Positions 39,916 to 48,900 of a stretch of 55,033 nt of DNA are shown here, in pieces. Under the pieces are notes generated by a model. The model was given only the letters and a program-made list of their open reading frames with translations, was not told where the DNA came from and did no database searches. The position numbers and the translations under genes are program-made. Origin of the DNA: an uncultured Actinomycetota bacterium (GTDB lineage: Bacteria > Actinomycetota > Nitriliruptoria > Euzebyales > Egibacteraceae); NCBI GenBank assembly GCA_964629825.1, contig CAZVUW010000009.1, forward strand, positions 1-55,033. Direction: 5' to 3'. Positions within the stretch are counted from its first letter, which is position 1, and every line of letters starts with the position of its first letter.

Positions 39916-42900
39916 ATGGTCGCGCGCAGCACCCGTTCCCTGTCCCTGCTCCTCAGCCTACTCATGGTGAGCGTGCTGGTCGACCCGAGCCTGGCGGCGA
40001 CGGGGGAACGGGGGCGGACCTACACCACCGACGCGGACTTCGACGAAGGCTCGTCCGTCAACGTCGTCACCAGCGTCCCCGATCAGCTCCAGCTCGACGA
40101 CGAGGTGCGGGCGTTCGACTTCCTGTGGGTCGCGGTCTCGACCAAGGGCACGATCGTCAAGATCGACACCCGCACAGGCGAGGTGCTCGGCGAGTACCGC
40201 ACCGCCCCGCAGGGGCAGCCGACGGACCCGTCGCGCACGACCGTGGACAAGAACGGCAGCGTCTGGGCGACCAACCGGGCGGGCAACAGCGTCGTGCACG
40301 TGGGGCTGGTCGAGAACGGCCAGTGCGTCGACCGCAACGGCAACGGCGTCATCGACACCTCCACGGGTCTGGGCGACGTGCGCGCCTGGGACAACGCCGG
40401 CGGGGCGAACACGAACGGGGGCGTCTCGACCGCGCTGGACGAGTGCCTCCTCCACTACGTCCGGGTCTCCTCGTCAGGCACCCGGCACGTGTCTGTCACC
40501 GCCGACAACGACGTCTGGGTCAGCGGCACGGGCGGACGCCACTTTGATCTGATCGACGGCGCCAGCGGGGAGATCGTCCGCCGCGAGCAGTCGGTCGGCT
40601 ATGGCGGCTACGGCGGGCTCATCGACCCGAGCGGGGTCATCTGGTCGTCTCGGCCGCTGCTGCGCTGGGACACGGCCAACCCGCTGACCGGTCCCAACGG
40701 CGGGAACTGGCGCGGCTACTCGCATGACAGCTATGGCCTGTGCATCGACCCCGAGGGCAACGTCTGGAACACCGAGTACGGCAGCCGCATCCACAAGTTC
40801 GCGCCCGACGGCACGCTGATCGGCACCTACAACCACGGCGGCTCGCTGGCTCAGGGCTGCGTGGCCGACCGCGACGGCCACATCTGGGTCGCCCACTCCC
40901 TCAGCGGCAACACGGTCGGCCACCTGCGCAACGACGGCACCCACCTGGGCAACGTGACCGTCGGCAGCGGGCCGACCGGCGTCGCCGTCGACGGTGCCGG
41001 CAAGATCTGGGCCACGAACTACAGCAGCCGCACCGTCTCCCGGATCGACCCGGACGCCGGCCCGATCGGCACGGACGGCCAGACCCGGGTCGGCGCCGTC
41101 GACTTCACCAGCGTCGACCTGGGCGGCAACCTCTACAACTACAGCGACATGACCGGCAGCACGCTGGCCGGCGCGCCCGACACCGGCACCTGGTCGGTCG
41201 TCTACGACAGCGGTGTGGACGCGGCGCAGTGGGGCCGTGTCGCCTGGACCGCCCAGGTCCCGGGCGACGGATCGCTGACGGTGACCGCGGCCAGCAGCGA
41301 GAACGGCAGCACCTTCTCCGCGCCGGTCGACGCCACCAGCGGCGGCCTCATCGACGTGCCCGACGGGCGCTACCTGCGCGTCACCGTGTCCTTCAAGCGC
41401 TCCAGCGACGGCGACAGCCCGGTCCTCAACGACCTGACCGTCCGCACCGGCACGGCCCCGCTCGAGTGCGAGACCCAGCCGGGCGGCATCGCACCCTCCG
41501 ACGTCGCCTTCGTGCTCGACGAGTCCGGCTCGATGTCCTCGAACGACCCGCAGCGCATCCGCGTCAGCGCCAGCACGGCCTTCGTCGACCGCTTCGTGGA
41601 GGGCGACCGCGCCGCCGTCATCGGCTTCGAGTCCAGCGCACGGGTCATCCTCGGCCTGTCCTCGGACGTCGACGCGATCAAGGCGGCCCTCAACCAGACC
41701 CGCGCATCCGGCGGCACCGACATCTCCAGCGGCGTCCGCGCGGGCCTGGACGAGCTCGCCAAGGATGCCCAGCCGGGCCGCCCCCAGTTCCTGCTGCTCC
41801 TGTCCGACGGCGCCGGCAGCTACAGCCACACCCTGACCGACCGCGCCGCCGCCGAGGGCGTGACCATCTACACCGTCGGCCTGGGCCCGTCCGTGCCCGA
41901 GGCGCTGCTCACGGAGATCGCCGAGCGCACCGGCGGCCGCTACTTCCCGGCGGCCCGGGCCGACGAGCTGCCGGACCTGTTCCAGGAGATCCGGGACGAG
42001 ACGGAGATCATCCTGTGCGGCGGCCCGACCGCCGAGGCCGGCGGGCCCTACGCGGTGCCGGAGGGCGGCGCCGTGATCCTCTTCGGCTCGGCCGACCCGG
42101 GCGACGACACGCGCCCGCTGACCTTCGCCTGGGATCTCGACAGCGACGGCGACTTCGAGACCGACGGCCCGCTCGCCCGCTTCGACGCGACCGACCTCGA
42201 CGGACCCGCCGAGGTCGAGGTCGCGCTCCAGGTCTGCGACGCCGACGAGCTCTGCGACGTCGACACCGCCACGGTCGAGGTTCGCAACGTGCGGCCCGAG
42301 GTCGATGCCGGACCCGATCTCGTCGTCACGGTGGGCGACACCGCGCTGCTCGACGGGCGCTTCAGCGACCCTGCCGGGGACGACGACGCCCCCTACGAGA
42401 CGATCTGGACCCTCGACGGCGAGGAGACCGCCGGCACCGCCGACCACGGCGACCCCGTCCGCCGCAGCGTCTCCTTCGACAGCCCGCAGAGCCATCTGGC
42501 CGAGGTGACGGTCACCGACGCCGACGGGGCGACCGGCCGCGACACCGCGCGGGTGAGCGCCGTGGCCATCGATCCGGACTGCTCCGGTGCCGGACCGACC
42601 ATCGCGCAGCTGTGGCCACCGAACCACAAGCTCCACAACGTTGCGATCACCGGCGTCGAGGCGCCGGACGGTGCGGACGTCGCCATCGTCATCACCGGCA
42701 TCCGCCAGGACGAGCCCGTCAACAGCACCGGCGACGGGAACACCGCGCCGGACGCCTTCGGCGTGGGCACCTCGACCGCCAGCCTGCGCGCCGAGCGCGC
42801 CGGTCCGCAGGACAGCCGCTTCTATCACATCTTCTACGAGGCCCGGACGTCCGAGGGCGGCATGTGCGCCGGCTCGGTCAGCGTGATGGTGCCGCACGAC

Positions 42901-45900
42901 CGCTCCCCCAACGCGGTCCACGTCGACGGCGGTCCCATCTACGACTCCACCGCTGGCAGCGACCCCGAACCCGGCACGCCGGTCGCGCTGGACGGCCACC
43001 ACCGGGTCACCAACGGCGCGACCCTGACCGTCGACGCGCCCGGCGTGCTCGCCCCGCACCTCACCCCGGACTCGGAGGACGTCGTCGCCGAGCTGGTCGA
43101 GGGGCCCGATGCGGGCGAGCTCGACCTGCGCCCGGACGGCTCGTTCACCTACACCGCCCCCGACGCGCCGGGCGATGTGCGCTTCACCTACCGCGCCCGC
43201 TCGGGCGACCGGGTCTCGGCGACGGGCACGGTGACCATCCGGGTGACCGCCGCCACCGCGGCCCTGCACGCACCCGACCGCGAGCTGTGGACCAGCGAGG
43301 ACACGCCCGTCAGCGCGACCCTCACGGCCCGCGGCAGCGGCGCGGAGGACGCGGTGTTCGCCATCGTCGACGGCCCGGCCTCGGGGACGGTGGAGCTCGA
43401 CGGAGACGTCCTCACCTACAAGCCCGCGCGCGACTTCACCGGCGGGGACGAGCTCACCTACTCGGCGACGTCCGGGGGCGTCCAGTCCGTCGGAACCGTC
43501 CGTATGACGGTGCTGGCCTCCAACGACACCCCGGTCGCCGAGACCGTCGCGGCCGCCGTCCCCGAGGACGGCACGGCGCTGATCGACGTCCTCTCGGCGG
43601 CCTCCGACGCCGATGGCGACGCCCTCGAGGTCGTGGAGGTCACCGCCCCGGCCCACGGCACCGCTGAGGTCGTCGACGGGCAGATCCGCTACGAGCCCGA
43701 GGCCGACTACAACGGCCCCGACACCTTCCGCTACCGCGTGCAGGATCCCGACGGCGCCTTCGCCGCGGCCGCCGTGCTGGTCGATGTGACCGAGGAGAAC
43801 GACCCGCCGCTGGCCGCCGACCTCGACTACTCGACCTCCTGGGACGAAGCCCTGTCGATCCCGGTTGCCGAGGTCGTCGCAGCCGGCCGCCCGGGTCCGG
43901 CCGACGAGGAGGGCCAGGCGCTCACCCTGACCACCGTCACGGCGACCGCCGACACCAACGGGAGGGTGACCCTCGACGGCGACGTCATCACCTACACACC
44001 GGACAGCGACTTCAGCGGCCGCGCGAGCTTCCGCTACGAGCTCTGCGACGACGGCACGAGCGCCGGCGAGCCCGACCCGCGCTGCGCGCACGGCACGATC
44101 ACCGTCGACGTCGTCCGGACCAACCGTCCACCGGTCGCCCATGACGCCGCGGTGACAACGGCGGAGGACACCCCCGTCGAGATCACCCTGCGCGCCACCG
44201 ACGCCAACGACGACCCGCTGACCTATCGGATCGTCACGGGTCCTGCCCACGGGAACCTCACCGGCACGCCGCCGACGCTCACCTACACCCCCGCGACCGG
44301 GTTCAGCGGCACGGACACCTTCACGTTCGCCGCCCACGACGGGCAGGCCGAGAGCTCCCCGGCGACGGTCACCATCACCGTGACCGAGGTGAACTCGCCA
44401 CCGGTGCCCGCCCCCGACCACTTCGCGATCGACGCCGGTGAGATCCTCACCGTCCCTGCCGCCGACCTCACCGCCAACGACGTGCCAGGCCCGCCACATG
44501 AGGCGCACCAGAGCCTCACCGTCACGCGGCTGATCGCGACCTCGGACACGTTCGGCGCTTTGTCTCTGGCCGACGGTGTCGTGACCTACACGCCCGAGCC
44601 CGGCTACAGCGGCACGGCGAGCTTCCGCTACGAGGTCTGCGACGACGGCACCACCGCCGGTCAGCCCGACCCGCTGTGCGCCGAGGGCACCGTCACGGTG
44701 GACGTCGCCGTCATCAACACCCCGCCGACGGCGGCCCCCGTCGTGGCAAGCACCGACGAGGACACGCCGGTCGTGATCACCCTGACCGGCCGCGATGACG
44801 ACGGCGACGCGCTGACCTTCGCGATCGTCGAGGGGCCGCAGAACGGCGCCCTCGGAGCGCTTTCGGCGGTGATCTGCGAGCAGGACGGGAGCGCCTCCGT
44901 CTGCTCGGCCACCGTCACCTACACCCCCGACCCGGACGTTGCGACGATCGACGTCTTCCGCTTCGCGGTTCGGGACGGCCGCGCCACCGTGGAGGCGACC
45001 GCCTCGGTCTACATCGAGCCGGTCAACGACGCCCCGACCGCCGACGCCACCCCGAACCCGCTGGTCCTGGCCGAGGACACCCAGGCCGGCGTGACCCTCA
45101 CGGGGGCGGACATCGAGACGCCACCGGCGGCCCTGGTGGTCGAGATCACGGCGCTCCCCGACCGCGGAGAGCTGCGCCACGACGGGCGCGCCCTCGAGGT
45201 CGGCGACCGCATCACCGGCGTGCCCGTTGACGTCTCCTACGTACCCGACCCGGACGCGAACGGCTCCGACGGGTTCACCTTCCGCGTGCACGACGACGGA
45301 CAGGCCCTCAGCCCGCCGCTGCACGCCGAGCAGGCCGTGACCGTCAGCATCACCCCGGTGAACGACCCGCCGGTCCCCGGCACGTTCAGGGCCTCAGCCA
45401 CCCAGGGGCAGCCGCTGGAGATCCCGGCCGCCGACGTCGCCGCCACCGCCTCCCCCGGCCCCGCCGACGAGGCCGGGCAGGCCCTGGTGATCACGAACGT
45501 GCGCGCCGTTGACGACACGCACGGCACCGTGGTGCTCGCGGGCGGCGTCATCACCTACACGCCCGACGGCGACCACTCGGGCCCGGCGTCGTTCGCGTAC
45601 ACGATCTGCGACGACGGCACAACCGGCGGCCAGCCCGATCCCCGGTGCGCCGAGGGCGTCGTTTCCCTGACCGTCGCCGAAGAGGGCCCCGACCTCGCAC
45701 CGCCGATCGTCGAGGTCGAGGACGTGACCGTGACCGCGGGCACCACCGCGATCGTGACGGTGACCGCCACCGACAACCGCGGCGTCGCGTCCCTGGAGCT
45801 GACCGTGGACGGCACGTCCGTGCCGCTCGACGACGCCGGCCGCGCCCAGGTCCCAACCTCTTCGCCCGGTGTTCAGCAGCTCGTCGCGACCGCGACGGAC

Positions 45901-48900
45901 GCCGCCGGCAACGTCGGGACGGCGATGGGCAAGGTCGTGGCCCTCGGCTCGGATGACGGCGTCGCGCCGGCGGCTGCGATCACCGCGCCGATCGACGGCA
46001 AGGAGCTGAGCGAGCCGACAACGGTCGTCGGCACGGCGACCGACGCCCGCCTCAGCCACTGGCAGCTGACGGCGACGCCGGTGTCGCCGGCCGACTCCGC
46101 TCCGATCGTGCTCGCGGAGGGCACCGAGCCCATCGCTGACGGCGCCCTCGGCACCTTCGATCCGACGACCCTCACCGGCGGGCAGTACCGGCTCCGCCTT
46201 GACGTCTGGGACCTCGGTGGACGGGGAGCCCGCGCCGAGGTCGTGGTCATCGCCGACAACGAGACGCCCTACGGGCAGTTCTCGATGACATTCACGGACG
46301 CGGTCCTGCCCCTCGGCAACTTCCCCGTCACGGTGCAGCGCACCTACTCGTCGGGCAGCCGGGCGATCTCGGGCGACTTCGGCTACGGCTGGCGGCTGGG
46401 CCTCCAGTCGCTGAAGCTGGAGGTCGACCGCGAGCCGGGCGACGGCTGGCGGGCGGAGAACCGCGGCACGATCATCCCGAACTGGGTGCTGATCCCGACG
46501 AAGCCGCACACCGTCACGATCGTCGACGACAACCGCGACTCGATCATCTTCGAGTTCACGCCGACGTTCATCAGCCCGATCCTCCCGAACTACGCGACCG
46601 CCGCGTTCACGGAGCGGACCAACAAGGGCGCGACGCTGACGCCGCTGGACGCCACCGACCTGTTCTTCAGCGGCGACCAGCTCTACGGCTTCGACACCAT
46701 CGAGACCTACCACCCGCAGGCCTATCAGCTGACGCTCCGCGACGGCCGCCGGTACACCTTCCACCTGGAGCGCGGCCTGACGGAGTACCGCGACGCGAAC
46801 GGTGAGCGGCTGAGCATCACCGCGTCGGGGATCACGTCATCGCGCGGGCCCGGCGTCACCTTCGCCCGCGACAGCGAGGGCCGCATCACCAGCGTGACCA
46901 CGCCGGGCGGGCTCGTGACCCGCTACGGCTACGACGCCGCCGGCAACCTCGCCGAGGTCATCGACCCCGAGGGCAACCGGACCACCTTCGCCTACGACCG
47001 CCGGCACTTGCTGATCGGCGTGGTTGACGCGCTCGGTCGGGTGCCGATGCGCACCGAGTTCGATGAGAACGGCCGCATCGTCGCCATCGTCGACTCGAGC
47101 GGGCGCCGCACCGAGCTCTCCTCCGATCCCGACGCTCGAGAGGAGACGATCTCCGACCGGCTCGGGAACGTGACCGTCCGCAGCTACGACGAGGACGGCA
47201 ACGTCCTCAAGGAGATCCACCCGGACGGGGCGGTCGAGACCTTCACCTACGACGCCGACGGCAACCAGACCTCGCGCACCGACGGGCTGGGCCGCACCAC
47301 CACCTACACCTACGACCAGCGCGGCAACCGCACCAGCCAGACCGATGAGCTGGGCAACACGACCACCTACACCTACGACGAGGACGACAACCTCATCGCG
47401 ATGGTCGACCCGCTCGACGAGGTGACCACGTTCACCTACGACGGCAACGGCAACCGGACGTCGGTCACCTACCCCGACGGCACCACCGAGAGCTGGACGT
47501 ACGACAGCCGCGGCAACCTCCTCACCGAGACCGACGCAACCGGCGCCGTCACCCGCCACACCTACGACTCGCAGGGCCGGCGCATCTCGACCGTCCTGCC
47601 CGGAGGGGCCGAGCGCGTCACGACCTACGACGCCGACGGGCGCCGCGCGTCCCAGACCGGCCCGAGCGGCACCGAGACCTTCGGCTATGACGGCCTCGGC
47701 AACATCACGACCCACCACGATCCGCTCGGCGGCCAGACCCTGAACACCTACGACCCGCTGGGCCGGCGCACCGAGCAGGTCGACCCGCTCGGCGGCATCC
47801 GGACCAAGACCTACGACGAGCACGGCAACGTCGTGGCCGAGACCGACGCGACCGGCGCCGTCACCCGTCACACCTACGACGCCGAGGGCCGCAAGCTCTC
47901 GACCACGGACCCTGACGGCACCGTCCACTCCTTCACCTACGACCGCCGCGGCCGCGAGATCGCCCGCAGAGTCGACGGCGTGATCGTCGAGGAGCGGACC
48001 TACGACGCGGCCGGCCAGATCACCTCCATCACCGACGCCGCCGGTGCTGTCACCCGCTATGAGTACGACCGCGCCGGGCGGCTCGTGCGGACGATCTTCC
48101 CCGACGGGTCGGCAGAGGAGCTGACCCTGGACGGCGCCGGCAACGTGCTGGAGCGCACGACGCCGGACGGCACGACCACGTTCACCTACGACGAGCGGGG
48201 CCGGATGCGCTCGCGGACGGTGCCCGGCCGCGGCACGACCACCTACGACTACGACGCCGACGGCCGTCTCAAGGAGGAGATCGGACCCGACGGCCGCAAG
48301 ACCACCTACACGTACGGCGCCGACCACCGGCTCGCCTCGGTCACCGACGGGCTCGGGGGCGTCACCACGTTCAGCTACGACGGCGACGGCCGGCTGACGT
48401 CCGTGACCGACCCGCTCGGTCGCACAACGACCTACCAGCACGACGCCCGGGGCCACCTCACGGAGCGCTCCGTCGAGGGTCAGGTGCTCGAGCGCTACAC
48501 CGCGGACGCGATGGGGCGGATCCTGACCCGCACCGACGCGGACGGCCGTGTGACCAGCTACGAGCACGACGGTGAGGGCCACCTCGTCGCCATCGACCAC
48601 GCCGACGGGCGCACGACCCGCATCGACTACACCGACGGGGGGCGACGGGACACGGTCACGGATGCCCGCGGCGTCACCTCCTACGGCTACGACACGGCCG
48701 GACGGCTCGTCCAGGTCACCGCGCCCGAAGGCACGGTGTCCTACGCCTACCGACCGGACGGCAACCTGGCCAGCCGGACCGACCCGGGCGGCACGACCGC
48801 TTACGAGTACGACGACCTCGGCCGGCTGACGGCCGTCGTCGACCCGTCCGGCGGTCGCTACACGATCGGCTACGACAGCGCCGGCCGACCCAGCACGCTC

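Noticed and set aside
40474-45324. 1,616-aa minus-strand ORF, together with 45394-46764 and 46837-48600 on the minus strand and 40740-43667 on the plus strand, all inside the RHS gene
   Set aside because: These are Arg/Gly/Val/Asp-rich low-complexity translations with no motifs, lying antisense to or out of frame with a gene that has unmistakable domain content. They are typical shadow ORFs of GC-rich DNA.
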